Positions 1-9,733 of a stretch of 64,000 nt of DNA are shown here, piece after piece (the first letter of the stretch is position 1; the number at the start of each line of letters is the position of its first letter). Source of the stretch: a virus (Duplodnaviria > Caudoviricetes); the IMG/VR virus record IMGVR_UViG_3300009945_000011, positions 18,847 through 82,846 of that record; one strand, written 5' to 3'. Both the position numbers and the translations under genes were made by a program. The notes under the pieces are model-generated. The model made no database searches. It was not told where the DNA came from and worked only from the letters and a program-made list of their open reading frames with translations.

Positions 1-275
1 ATAATATGATCTCCATCTTCAGCGAAGTATTCCATCATAAAATGACCAAGTGTACCAAGGAACCGCGCCCAAAATTCCTCTGGATACTCGTAATAATCAT
101 GTTGCCTGGCTAAAATAGCGCGACGTGGACAGCCAATAATCTCCGTTGCGGAAAAAGACAGGCCATCGCGGTCAGCGCGGTTACGCTGCATGGCAACAAC
201 GAGTTCTACAGGAAAGTGTGACTTACACGCTCCAGATCGTATATTTGCAAAGTACTCCTCAAAGTCATGAGGCAT
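1..275 (-). CDS. Cas4-like PD-(D/E)XK exonuclease, N-terminal part (runs off left edge)
   Basis: Not in ORF track. Manual translation from ATG 275: MPHDFEEYF...LSFSATEIIGCPRRAILARQHDY...FLGTLGHFMME, the S(A/P)S/T-x-x-x-x-CPR...GT-x-x-H pattern of phage Cas4-like nucleases; frame open to position 1. Confidence 0.65.
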   Translation of the reverse strand, partial: MPHDFEEYFANIRSGACKSHFPVELVVAMQRNRADRDGLSFSATEIIGCPRRAILARQHDYYEYPEEFWARFLGTLGHFMMEYFAEDGDHI

Positions 276-309
276 ACCGCGATGTCGCTTGTCGTCACAA
301 AGAACGCCC

Positions 310-657
310 CTAAGTGGCATATTTCAGAACCCATTCTCGCAATTCTGTAAACAATGGCAATCCAACCACTCGCTTCATAACATTACCATTGCGCACAAAT
401 ACCAGGGTAGGTACCGCTTTCACATCTTCCTTTCTGGCAACCTCCAGATTTTGTTCAATATCAACTTTCACGATAATCAGTTGGGGAAACTCTTGCTGCA
501 AAGAGAAAAGATAGCCATCGAGTTTCCGACATGGTCCACACCATGAGGCAAAGAAATCAACAACAACGGGTTGCTCCTGAATGCTTAGTAACCTTTGATA
601 TTCATCAAAAGACGTAAACTGTTTTTTAATAATCATTGTCATCATCCTCAATACCAA
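310..657 (-). CDS. trxA: Thioredoxin
   Basis: VVVDFFASWCGPCRK active site and cis-Pro motif AVPTLVF. Confidence 0.93.
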   Translation of the reverse strand: MVLRMMTMIIKKQFTSFDEYQRLLSIQEQPVVVDFFASWCGPCRKLDGYLFSLQQEFPQLIIVKVDIEQNLEVARKEDVKAVPTLVFVRNGNVMKRVVGLPLFTELREWVLKYAT

Positions 658-904
658 ATATTGCTAGCAACTCTGGATTGTTGAACTCACTTTCTACGCA
701 AAAATCGCTAAACGAACGCTCCTTCCTACGGATAGTGATGTGTTTCTTGCGCGTCAATACTGGATACTTTTGACAAATACGTGCATAAAGTTCAGGATTC
801 GTCTCGCGAATTGTGCTGAGAAAGGCATCCACGTTCCTCAGATGCTCCTTGGAGTTAGGTTTCATCGGCTCCCTCCATAATCCGCACAAGTCTCTTGACA
901 GCAC
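626..904 (-). CDS. Hypothetical protein
   Basis: Fills the gap in the leftward operon; true start probably downstream (MKPNSKEH). Confidence 0.55.
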   Translation of the reverse strand: MLSRDLCGLWREPMKPNSKEHLRNVDAFLSTIRETNPELYARICQKYPVLTRKKHITIRRKERSFSDFCVESEFNNPELLAIFGIEDDDNDY

Positions 905-1307
905 GATGAATCCTCAGCGACATGCCGCTTCGGCTGTGGATACCATATTCCTTGCACAATTCATCGAGAGAGCAGGTTTGGAAAATGTGGAACTTGTAAA
1001 TCAACTCAAGATCGTTGTCATGAAGCCGCTGAAGTGCGTTCTCCAGGTCAATAATCGCAATGTGAAGGTTTTCTCGCATGGCAGCGCGACTAGAGCCGTC
1101 AATAACTACACGCGGGCGATACGTATCCACGTGTGCCCACGGTGACTTGTCGTCACGATACCCAAGAGGACGCTCTTGGCGATACGAAGGCCACTTCTGG
1201 GAAATCTGTTTCAAGTTATTGCTTGGAGCTTGATAGCTTCCGTACAAGTAACTCTTAATGCTCAAGTAATTTCGGAGCAGTTTCGTAACAAAGTATACAG
1301 AATACAT
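855..1307 (-). CDS. Sigma-70 region-4-like / ArpU-RinA-like transcription regulator
   Basis: C-terminal IDLENALQRL...CSLDELCKEYGIHSRSGMSLRIHRAVKRL resembles a region-4 HTH. Confidence 0.55.
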   Translation of the reverse strand: MYSVYFVTKLLRNYLSIKSYLYGSYQAPSNNLKQISQKWPSYRQERPLGYRDDKSPWAHVDTYRPRVVIDGSSRAAMRENLHIAIIDLENALQRLHDNDLELIYKFHIFQTCSLDELCKEYGIHSRSGMSLRIHRAVKRLVRIMEGADET

Positions 1308-1340
1308 AAAGTCTACTCATGGTACTGGCTCCCGTTCCCT

Positions 1341-2450
1341 TCACACCAGTCCTCGAACACGTTTCTTATATTCATACATAACACACGACTGATCACAATA
1401 CTGGTCAAACTCATGATACTTGCATGGATTGGGCGGGTATGACCTGCTATACGCCGACAATACCTTGCGAGATACATCCGCTGGGTGAAGCGGCGGGCTG
1501 TTGCGCTTGTTCCATTCCAGCAACGCCGTTTCGGCGATGTCCCCAGGAATACCTGCCCGAGAGAAGAAACAGGCAAGATTGAAGGCAGCGACATCGCGTG
1601 TCCCTTCACTCACTCCCTCCTTGAGCATGCTGGAAAGGCAGGGATAGGGGGGATTTTCTGGCTCGATTTCCCTAGCGCTCCTCTTCTCAGGAACAGCGAC
1701 GTTGTTCTCAGAGAGGAAAAGGCGCAATTGTTCTGGAGTCACTGGCCGCACTCGTGCCAGGGCTTCCCACTGGTCGGGAAGAGGTTGAAACGATCGGCTA
1801 ACAAACAGGCACCGCCGCCGCGTCTTCTGGTGAATTCCGAGCGGAAGCTTGACAAGATTTCCGAATCCCTGCCGTGAATCTTGCTTTGGAAAGACCTCGA
1901 TCATCACACCAGGATCAAGCTCAACCTTCCCACGAAGATAATGCCCAGCAGCTTGCGCTTCTCCAGCAGGAACAGGCTCACTGAAGAACACCCACACGTG
2001 GTACCCGCGTGACCCAGAGTCCTCAACAAGAAATGGAATCTTCTTTGACATGAGAACAGAAGCGAGCTTCAAAACATGTGCTTGCGCAAGTTCCCGCTCC
2101 CCGCCGTTCACCAGATCGATATCAAAACACAACCACTTGACAGTATCATTATCATCAAGCTGGTAAACACCGATCGTGATCTCACCATCAAGGTGCGCCT
2201 CCACATGACGCGGCTTGAGCGGGATCAAGCACGGGCGCTGGCAATGTCCTGACGCGCACGACGAATCGTGCTTGCAGTCCTTGGCTCGAACCACGGCGTA
2301 ACCACCACCACCATTGGCTGACCACCACTGCCTCGCAAAACACGACGTGTCGTGGACAAATCTCTTAAATATAAGAGCAACACTCTCCTCTCTTGTCATC
2401 CCTTGCATGCCCACGAATCTCCAATCTTTGCCTCTGCTGCTAAAGGGCAC
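1341..2450 (-). CDS. Archaeo-eukaryotic primase (prim-pol) with PriCT-1-like C-terminal domain
   Basis: KWLCFDID (motif I), SGSRGYHVWVFF (motif II), GNLVKLPLG; C-terminal GVSEGTRDVAAFNLACFF...EWNKRNSPPL. Confidence 0.85.
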   Translation of the reverse strand: MPFSSRGKDWRFVGMQGMTREESVALIFKRFVHDTSCFARQWWSANGGGGYAVVRAKDCKHDSSCASGHCQRPCLIPLKPRHVEAHLDGEITIGVYQLDDNDTVKWLCFDIDLVNGGERELAQAHVLKLASVLMSKKIPFLVEDSGSRGYHVWVFFSEPVPAGEAQAAGHYLRGKVELDPGVMIEVFPKQDSRQGFGNLVKLPLGIHQKTRRRCLFVSRSFQPLPDQWEALARVRPVTPEQLRLFLSENNVAVPEKRSAREIEPENPPYPCLSSMLKEGVSEGTRDVAAFNLACFFSRAGIPGDIAETALLEWNKRNSPPLHPADVSRKVLSAYSRSYPPNPCKYHEFDQYCDQSCVMYEYKKRVRGLV

Positions 2451-5137
2451 CGCAATACACTGTTCGCCGCGCTTTCCATTGCCGATACAACCAGCCGCGC
2501 TCCCTCATCGGCCATTGCTTCTGGTACTTCACAGACCACCTCATCGTGAACCTGAAGCAAGACATGACCACCAAGATCGCGAAGTAACTGATCAATTCGA
2601 ATCAAGGCATAGCCTGTGATGTCAGCGCAGGAACCCTGGATAATCGCGTTCACTGCTTGTCTTTCTGCTTCAGCAACTTTCCACCGATCATTACTAACGA
2701 TCTCAGGAACACGGCGTTTCCTTCCAGAGATTGTTCTTACGTACCCACACGACTTTGCTTTTGCAATCACCTCCTTCTTCCATTCCGTTGCGCCGACATA
2801 CGTGGCGTTATAATCATCAATCCACTTTCGCGCCTGATCCAGCGATACCCACAATCCATTGTCAACCGCAAGACGGCGCTGGTAGAGTTGTGGACCCATG
2901 CCATAAATCAAGCTGTTTCCTGTCAGGGTTACAAAGTGTCCCTGCTTTGCTGTCCAAGAACCAAGGTCGGTCTTCACACACCAGACGGGAACTGGTTTTG
3001 TACAAGGTTCTACTACAGTATTTTTCGCAAGATATCGGTGCATGGCTCCATAACGACCATAGGAATCACGCCACATGGAGCTTCCACACAAGAATCTTGC
3101 TAGCTGAACAGCATCAAACTCTTCGTCATTGAGATTTTTGTGCAACCCGTATTCAATCACAAAGTGCACAAGCATCGACAAGCTTTCTTTTGTGGCACTT
3201 GCCACGAATTCCATCTTGTTTGAGCTTGCCATAAAAGCGTCAACAACCTCTGTGGCTGAATACGAGCGCCCAGCAACAAGATTTGAGAGTGGAGAGGCAA
3301 TAACCAGTGACCCAGGCGACCTGGGGACATCCTTGGTCATAGCAACCGCTCGCGGGGAAAGGAACCAGCGGTGCTCTGGTGTACTCACGAAGGACAGGCC
3401 ATTCGCAAACCGCATGTGCATTACGGGGGACTTATCAAAGTGCAGGACCTCAGTAATCGTTGTCCACCGCGTCAGTCCCGTGTTCTGATCATAACCAACG
3501 GTTTGATCCTGACCAGGAACAATCTCGCTAGCGTGCTTCCAGCCACTCCTGGTAAGACACAGCGTGTCATATGGAACACAAAAATTTGACGTCTTGCCAA
3601 TGTTACGCAAGCGCTTGGCGTCTTCGTCACCAGCTTCATACCGCGCAAGCAGTTCCTCGTAAGCCATTCCTCCTTGTCTTGCTCCTGTCATGATGTGAAG
3701 ATCGAGACCGTTGCGAAACGCGGTCATTAGGGCGTCGTCCAGGCTATAATGCGCGATCATGCGCAACTCCATTTGCGCAAAGTCAGCCACGATTAGCTTA
3801 TAGCCTGGACGGGCAATAAAGAGCGAGCGTGCCTGTTTTCCAATCTCACCCCGTGACGGAATATTCTGAAGATTGATCGGTGATGATGAACTCAATCGCC
3901 CTGTCTTGGTAACCGTCTGGTTGAATGTTGTCCGCACCGCGTAGTGATCATCACGATCCGCGATCTCATCAACTTTCCGCAAGTACGTTGAGAGAAACTT
4001 ATCGGCCTTGCGAAGCTCTAAGATATGATCAAGGACAGCAGGTGCCCGCTCACCAAGACTTGTTCGCAGAATCTTGACGGTATCCTTATCAACCCCAGGC
4101 GAGCCGTCCTGCTTCTTGGTCATGAAGATATCTCTCGGTAATTTCAACCTAAGATGCTTATAAAGCAAGTCTGCTAGGTGAACCGTTGAACGTGGATTGA
4201 ACCAAAGTGTCTTCGGCTTCCCGCGAGGCTTGCCGTTTTTCGTGTACTCGCGGAAAATCGGCAAGAGGACGCCGCGAGTTTCCCAGACTGTTGATTGGCC
4301 ATCATCAACCCAGGTAGCATCCACAGCATGCATGTTTGTCACATAGGGATCAACGCTGTCTCCCCGCGCATGCCGAGACAACACCATCCTGATCCCCTCG
4401 CGGAACACTTCCTCTTCGTGCTGGCGAACAAGTTCCTCATAGGCTGGGATGAGTTCTTCCAGGAGGGCACGGTCAGTAGCAACGCCACGAGCCTCCATGC
4501 GTTGCAACACACGCAACAGTGGCATCCAGATCAAAAAGAAGGCACGGTCAAGACCTTCCTCCGCAAGCTTCGGCGCAAATACCTGCCAAAGCTTCCAAGC
4601 CGTCTCCGTATCGCCCATTGCATACCTGGCTGCCCGTTCCAGCGGAACGCCTAAAAACTCGTTTTTCCCAAAGCCGTCATAATGCTCTAGGTGCTGGTAG
4701 TACGAGAGGTCCATGCCAACAAGCGGAGCCAGTTCCTTGAGCGCATTCACGCGGTTCTCGTCAAGAAGATGCGCGGCAAGCATCGTATCCACCAGCTTGC
4801 CGCGCACATCAATACCGATCTTGGCAAGAAAATGTAAGTCAAACTTCGCGTTATGGGCCACCATAAGCACCTGTTCTTGCCTGAACAATGGAGCAAGAAG
4901 GCAAGCAACGCTGGCAGCATCCATAAAAACACGCAGGTTGAACGTCCCTTTCTCGGGTACGGTATGCTGGAGCACAACGTAATAATGCTCGCGTCCAGCA
5001 ATAGTCAGCGCAATCCCAACGACCGAATCACGCTTGGCATCAAGCCCAGAAGTTTCACAGTCAAAGGCAAAAGGCTGTCCTATCCAGCGAGGAATAGACT
5101 GTTTGAGGTCAGCAAGTTCAGTTATGATATGATACAT
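2396..5137 (-). CDS. polA: Family A DNA polymerase with 3'-5' exonuclease, interrupted by an intein
   Basis: AFDCETSG (ExoI), AHNAKFD (ExoII), TKTGRLSSS, LQNIP, ADFAQMELR (motif A), KTSNF/SLIYG (motif B split by intein), LQVHDEV (motif C); no 5'-3' exonuclease domain. Confidence 0.96.
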   Translation of the reverse strand: MYHIITELADLKQSIPRWIGQPFAFDCETSGLDAKRDSVVGIALTIAGREHYYVVLQHTVPEKGTFNLRVFMDAASVACLLAPLFRQEQVLMVAHNAKFDLHFLAKIGIDVRGKLVDTMLAAHLLDENRVNALKELAPLVGMDLSYYQHLEHYDGFGKNEFLGVPLERAARYAMGDTETAWKLWQVFAPKLAEEGLDRAFFLIWMPLLRVLQRMEARGVATDRALLEELIPAYEELVRQHEEEVFREGIRMVLSRHARGDSVDPYVTNMHAVDATWVDDGQSTVWETRGVLLPIFREYTKNGKPRGKPKTLWFNPRSTVHLADLLYKHLRLKLPRDIFMTKKQDGSPGVDKDTVKILRTSLGERAPAVLDHILELRKADKFLSTYLRKVDEIADRDDHYAVRTTFNQTVTKTGRLSSSSPINLQNIPSRGEIGKQARSLFIARPGYKLIVADFAQMELRMIAHYSLDDALMTAFRNGLDLHIMTGARQGGMAYEELLARYEAGDEDAKRLRNIGKTSNFCVPYDTLCLTRSGWKHASEIVPGQDQTVGYDQNTGLTRWTTITEVLHFDKSPVMHMRFANGLSFVSTPEHRWFLSPRAVAMTKDVPRSPGSLVIASPLSNLVAGRSYSATEVVDAFMASSNKMEFVASATKESLSMLVHFVIEYGLHKNLNDEEFDAVQLARFLCGSSMWRDSYGRYGAMHRYLAKNTVVEPCTKPVPVWCVKTDLGSWTAKQGHFVTLTGNSLIYGMGPQLYQRRLAVDNGLWVSLDQARKWIDDYNATYVGATEWKKEVIAKAKSCGYVRTISGRKRRVPEIVSNDRWKVAEAERQAVNAIIQGSCADITGYALIRIDQLLRDLGGHVLLQVHDEVVCEVPEAMADEGARLVVSAMESAANSVLRCPLAAEAKIGDSWACKG
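2915..3580 (-). mobile_element. Intein (222 aa) in polymerase motif B, no intact homing endonuclease evident
   Basis: Begins CVPYDTLCLTRSGWK, block B TPEHRW, block F VWCVKT, ends LTGN followed by Ser+1; removal restores KTSNF-SLIYG. Confidence 0.92.
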
Positions 5138-5200
5138 ACACCTCGCCCACGGATTATCTGGCTCTCGTACTGGGCCTATGACCAGCTATGGTCACCGTGA

Positions 5201-5683
5201 TCACTTTTTGCCATTGACACGCATACGATCTTCAATGCGGTCAAGGCGGTAGAAGAGTTCATCGAGGGCTTCAACAAGTTCCTTACGAACCACAGCCGCC
5301 AGGTCCTCTGGCGTCTCAACACTCTTCCCAACACGTCCAGCTTCGATCCGAGCCAGGTAAAGCTCGATTACGCGCCGTGCCCGTGCTTTGACGCGCATCG
5401 GAAGATCAGCCTGCGGGAGACGTTGCGCTGCGGCGCGAACACCGCTGCTATCCGCGAACAACACGCCATCAACTGGCCGCGCAAACGGTAGCTTGTAGGC
5501 ACCTTTCTCCTTGGCGTTCGCCTCGTCATACACCAGGAACGCACGGCGTGCCTTCGCTGGATCGGGATGATCAGGCCAGCCAGCCCAGGCAAAAATCTCG
5601 TCCCTTGCCGCGTCACCGTCCCAGGAATCGGTATAAACAACGCGAAGGTTTCGATCAGCACCAACACGCCAAATCTCAGCCAT
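5201..5683 (-). CDS. Protein resembling a domain usually fused to phage prohead proteases
   Basis: WDGDAARDEIFAWA...ARRAFLVYD...GAYKLPFA..VDG pattern recalled from protease-fusion proteins; unverified. Confidence 0.45.
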   Translation of the reverse strand: MAEIWRVGADRNLRVVYTDSWDGDAARDEIFAWAGWPDHPDPAKARRAFLVYDEANAKEKGAYKLPFARPVDGVLFADSSGVRAAAQRLPQADLPMRVKARARRVIELYLARIEAGRVGKSVETPEDLAAVVRKELVEALDELFYRLDRIEDRMRVNGKK

Positions 5684-6324
5684 TAGAGACCTCCTCTTCG
5701 TTCAATCACTGATCCTATCTTTGCCTTGTCTACTAAAAACTTAAAGTCACTTGACTTAATAAGATAGAATTGATCATCCCCCCATTGGATAGAAATATAT
5801 CCAAGACCACGCGCTGCCTGTCTTTGATACAGCATGACATCGAGATCAAGTCTTCTCAACGTGCATGACTTCTCCCCTCCTGGTTGGACCTGGCCTGCAA
5901 AAACAAGGCTTGGTACAGACTGCTGGTCAATTGAACCCGCAACTGCGAGGTTGATGAGACGGTCAAGATGCCGATGGTGCAAGATCACATGATCATGGGC
6001 GTATTGTCCCAAGTGCCAGTGAACCCAAACCGCACCAATCTCTCGGGAAGCATCAGCTTCGGCAACGGCCTGGTCCAAAACACGTCGGCGGAGCGTGTAG
6101 ACCTCCTCACCACCACTATCACGTGTACTTACCCCCTTGCATTCGACTTTGAGGAATGGATATCCAAGGTTGTCATCAACCTCAACGTCCCCTGTCAGGT
6201 TGCGGTTACTCCGCTTGAAGGCGCCAGAACCAGGCGTCCGCTCGCCGCCCAGGTACTTGGCAACCGCCTGCTCAACCTTCTTCCCGAACGACTTGTTTCT
6301 CCTGTTGATCCACCGCTGGTTCAT
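5683..6324 (-). CDS. Holliday-junction-resolvase-like PD-(D/E)XK nuclease
   Basis: GKKVEQAVAKYL...TPGSG...GDV...VECK motif order. Confidence 0.7.
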   Translation of the reverse strand: MNQRWINRRNKSFGKKVEQAVAKYLGGERTPGSGAFKRSNRNLTGDVEVDDNLGYPFLKVECKGVSTRDSGGEEVYTLRRRVLDQAVAEADASREIGAVWVHWHLGQYAHDHVILHHRHLDRLINLAVAGSIDQQSVPSLVFAGQVQPGGEKSCTLRRLDLDVMLYQRQAARGLGYISIQWGDDQFYLIKSSDFKFLVDKAKIGSVIERRGGL

Positions 6325-7024
6325 TACTCAATCCAAGCGTTGTCATAAGGTTATCCACGGCACTGTAAAGTGCCTCGATTCTCGTGGTATTCCGCAGCAG
6401 GTAATTATAGGGGATGTTCTCTCGCTCATGCTCTTCCGCAGAAGACATTCTCTCGGAAGCAAGCGAAAATCCGTCAAAGACGCTGCCACTATTCTTCGCA
6501 TGAGTAGAAATCAATGAATTCACGCGGTCCATCCGCGGGCGCTCAATGCGAATAAGAACAAACCCATTTTCACTAAGGCGACCAGCCTCCGCAAAAAATG
6601 TAACATCGTCACACACCGCGCGCTTCAGCGAACGCTCATCGCAAGCACGAATCACCTGGTCAGCCCAGAATGCTCGATTACCAGTGACGGTTGGAGCAAG
6701 ATGATTTCTCACTCCTTCTATCAACCAAGAGAATTCCGTAATGGGAATGACACACTGCTCATCTTTTATGTGCGTCCTGCGTAAAAACTCATCCACCATG
6801 TGCGCGGCTAGTCTCTTGACCTCTGCCTCAATAGAGACGATAGCGAAACCGTACTTCGTGGCAAGATACCTGGCAACTGTTGTCTTACCCGCATGTGTCC
6901 CGCCAACAAGCGCAATCCTCATTGGCTCTGCCTTTCTTCGAGCATCATAATCTCTGAGAGCGACGTGACTCGAATAACATTGCCTGCAAAGACTTCGCGA
7001 CGATTCCATGGACGACTGAAGCAA
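6272..7024 (-). CDS. Deoxynucleoside monophosphate kinase (copy 1)
   Basis: IALVGGTHAGKTT P-loop, VCDDVTFFAEA, FVLIRIER, SAEEHE; true start likely MRIALV. Confidence 0.78.
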   Translation of the reverse strand: MLQSSMESSRSLCRQCYSSHVALRDYDARRKAEPMRIALVGGTHAGKTTVARYLATKYGFAIVSIEAEVKRLAAHMVDEFLRRTHIKDEQCVIPITEFSWLIEGVRNHLAPTVTGNRAFWADQVIRACDERSLKRAVCDDVTFFAEAGRLSENGFVLIRIERPRMDRVNSLISTHAKNSGSVFDGFSLASERMSSAEEHERENIPYNYLLRNTTRIEALYSAVDNLMTTLGLSNEPAVDQQEKQVVREEG

Positions 7025-7488
7025 TACACAACGTTTGGAGACAAGGCTTGTGCAAGAGCAACGACGCTCCGTGGATCATCGTCAACCGCATGTTCGATCT
7101 TGAGTTCCTTAGCAATCGCCGCTTTTGTTGAACAACACGCTGTGACGATGGCGGGGTGAAAATTATATCTATGAAACCACGCATGAAGCCCTTCGACCAT
7201 AAACGCATTGCGCTCTGTCACAATGATTGGTTCATCACCACGAGCAACGAGCCACCTGAGAAACCTCAAGGAACCTGGAACGGGCGGTATTCTCAACGCC
7301 CAATCCCTATCAGGAAAACATGAGCCCCAAGCATACTTGCCATATGATATGTAGTTTCCAGCCCACCAGTAACAATGCGTAATATCCTCAACGCGGGGCG
7401 ATGATCGGAACGTCTGGTTATAACTCTCGACGTAATATCCTGCCAGATCAGCAATCACATTATCAAAATCAACGAGCCACATCGTCAT
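6919..7488 (-). CDS. HAD-family 5'(3')-deoxyribonucleotidase
   Basis: LVDFDNVIAD motif I, IVTER motif II, K...VDDDP motifs III/IV, FSRPWNR. Confidence 0.85.
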   Translation of the reverse strand: MTMWLVDFDNVIADLAGYYVESYNQTFRSSPRVEDITHCYWWAGNYISYGKYAWGSCFPDRDWALRIPPVPGSLRFLRWLVARGDEPIIVTERNAFMVEGLHAWFHRYNFHPAIVTACCSTKAAIAKELKIEHAVDDDPRSVVALAQALSPNVVYCFSRPWNRREVFAGNVIRVTSLSEIMMLEERQSQ

Positions 7489-8174
7489 TCTGATATACCC
7501 CTCAGTGCGCCGCGAAGAGAAAGAACAGAAGCAGAAATGACAGGAGGTAATTCGTAACTATCCGCTACCTTCACCAAATTTTTACAGTGCATCACAAGGT
7601 TGTTGTAATGCTGTTGCACATCAATGATATTTATCTCATGCGTTGGAAGCGATTCCCAGGCAAACATTGACGTAGATATGTCGTAATACGGCTTCTTTTT
7701 TCCACCTCCTTCGTGAAACTCCGCGACTGGTAGTTGTTTTGCCATCGCTGCAAGACTTGACGCTCGCATCGTATAGGAGATGCGCTTGTGGTGACTATCA
7801 AAAACAAAGAGGACTAATGGACAGCCTGTAAACGACTCCCACTCGACAAGAGAATTGAGATTATCAATCTTGATCTTTACGCTTTGATCCCTACCAACCC
7901 CCTTAACTTCTACCATTACATGCCGAGTACCAATCTCAAAAACATCATCCGCTACTTCACAAACATAATCGGGAGTGTAACGCAACACACGTGGTAACTC
8001 GAAAAACTTGGTAAATGGCGGCCGATTGAATCCAAATTCATCAACGGCCACATTATTACGTTCTGCCCATCGAAGAAACACACCTTGTGCGAGATTACCC
8101 ATATGTAAATAACGCTTGCTAAATGGCTTGCTATGAAATGCGCTACTTGTCTGCATATTCAATGTATTTTCCAA
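7485..8174 (-). CDS. PD-(D/E)XK-family endonuclease
   Basis: YTPDYV...VEVKG signature. Confidence 0.7.
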   Translation of the reverse strand: MENTLNMQTSSAFHSKPFSKRYLHMGNLAQGVFLRWAERNNVAVDEFGFNRPPFTKFFELPRVLRYTPDYVCEVADDVFEIGTRHVMVEVKGVGRDQSVKIKIDNLNSLVEWESFTGCPLVLFVFDSHHKRISYTMRASSLAAMAKQLPVAEFHEGGGKKKPYYDISTSMFAWESLPTHEINIIDVQQHYNNLVMHCKNLVKVADSYELPPVISASVLSLRGALRGISE

Positions 8175-8823
8175 ACCGTTCCTCCCAGAACGGCATCCAC
8201 TCGTTCCGAATCATGAGAACGCCGAGTGGTTCGATCAGATCAGGCGTAGACGCGAACACCTCAACCCGCGTCCGTGTTTCTCCCTGGCGTGCCGTTGCTC
8301 TGAAAATAACGGTCTTTTTGATCTCCTCAAGGCCGCGTGCTGCCTTGACCTCACTCACCACGTCACGCCAGCGGATGTCTCGTGCCCTCTGGACAAGCTC
8401 TAGGGCCGCGTTCTCGTCATCACGAAAGATCGGCAACAGAGCCCTGCTCTTGCTGATGCCAATCTGGCGTAAAGCGGTAACCGCTTCCTCTTCTGACCCA
8501 AGCCGCTTCTCCAGGACTGGAATGACTTCACGGCGAATGCGAAGCAGGTCATGAACCACACGCCAGCCAAGTTCGATCTCGCGACTTTCACACCAGTCCT
8601 TCAGCCGCTCATACCCACGGGCAAGATACAACTTCTCCTTATCGAAGATATCAAGCAAGTATGCAAGCTTTAGAAAATTATTCTCTATCTCAGACTTGGT
8701 TGCTACTATTTGTGATTCAACTGCCAGGGCAATTTCTGCGCCAGTCTCTGTTACATCCCGAAACGGATCAGGATACAGGACAAGCTCCCCAGCATCATCA
8801 ATCACTCCTTGATACGGCATCAT
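8143..8823 (-). CDS. Hypothetical helical protein (possibly DNA-binding)
   Basis: 226-aa ORF overlapping both neighbours in the operon. Confidence 0.65.
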   Translation of the reverse strand: MMPYQGVIDDAGELVLYPDPFRDVTETGAEIALAVESQIVATKSEIENNFLKLAYLLDIFDKEKLYLARGYERLKDWCESREIELGWRVVHDLLRIRREVIPVLEKRLGSEEEAVTALRQIGISKSRALLPIFRDDENAALELVQRARDIRWRDVVSEVKAARGLEEIKKTVIFRATARQGETRTRVEVFASTPDLIEPLGVLMIRNEWMPFWEERFGKYIEYADK

Positions 8824-9707
8824 TCTCCCATCACCGATTCATAAGGGACCCACTGCGTCCTGCTTGGGTAGAAGATGGCTTTGACTTTGCCTTGCGGGCC
8901 ATCTCGGTTTTTCGCCACAATAAGCGCCGCATCTTTCTCCTCCTCTAGCGGCGGTTCACCGCGTAGTAACTTGTAGTAATAAGGCCGATAGCAGAAAATC
9001 ACCGCGTGCGCATCTTGCTCAATCGCGCCGCTGTCGCGAATATCGGCAAGTGTTGGCATGTGGTCCTCGCGCTTATCCGATTCGCGGTTAAGCTGAACCA
9101 GAGCCAGAATCGGAACATTCAACTGGTCAGGGCGGGCGAGTGAACGCAGTGTATTGCTGATGCGCGTCACACGTTCATACTCACCAAACCGCTGCTGGTC
9201 ACGCAGCAGGGAGAGATAATCAACGACGAGCAGGTCTACGGTCGTCTTTTCGGCAATCCGCTTTGCATGCCGCGATAAACCATCCGAATCAAGCGTGTCG
9301 TCAACGATTGCAACCTGATAAGCACTGAGTGAGCAAGATGCCTGCTCAACCGCTTCAAACTCTGACTTGGAGAGCCTTCCCTGCATAATTCGTATTCCTG
9401 GAACACCTGTCATCCGCGACAGCAAGCGGCAGACGAGACGCTTGGCACTCATCTCCAGCGAGTAGAACAAAACCCGCTTTCCCTGGCTTGCCACATGAAG
9501 TGAGAGATCAAGAGCAAACGATGTCTTTCCAGACCCAGGGCGGCCACCAACGACATACATCGCATCTGGCTGGAGACCACCAAGCATCTCATCCAGCTTT
9601 GGGAATCCTGTCTCAAGTCCAGCACAGGCAAGTCCTCCAGCAACGTAGCGATCCTGAACCTCCGATACGAATTGTTGTGAAACATTTTTGATGTGCTGAG
9701 TTGGCAT
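8820..9707 (-). CDS. dnaB: DnaB-like replicative helicase (C-terminal ATPase domain only)
   Basis: GGRPGSGKT Walker A, YSLEMS, VVDYL Walker B, QLNR, DIRDSGAIEQDA, AKNRDG. Confidence 0.93.
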   Translation of the reverse strand: MPTQHIKNVSQQFVSEVQDRYVAGGLACAGLETGFPKLDEMLGGLQPDAMYVVGGRPGSGKTSFALDLSLHVASQGKRVLFYSLEMSAKRLVCRLLSRMTGVPGIRIMQGRLSKSEFEAVEQASCSLSAYQVAIVDDTLDSDGLSRHAKRIAEKTTVDLLVVDYLSLLRDQQRFGEYERVTRISNTLRSLARPDQLNVPILALVQLNRESDKREDHMPTLADIRDSGAIEQDAHAVIFCYRPYYYKLLRGEPPLEEEKDAALIVAKNRDGPQGKVKAIFYPSRTQWVPYESVMGE

Positions 9708-9733
9708 CCTTCACATATTGCCTGCACAGGCAT

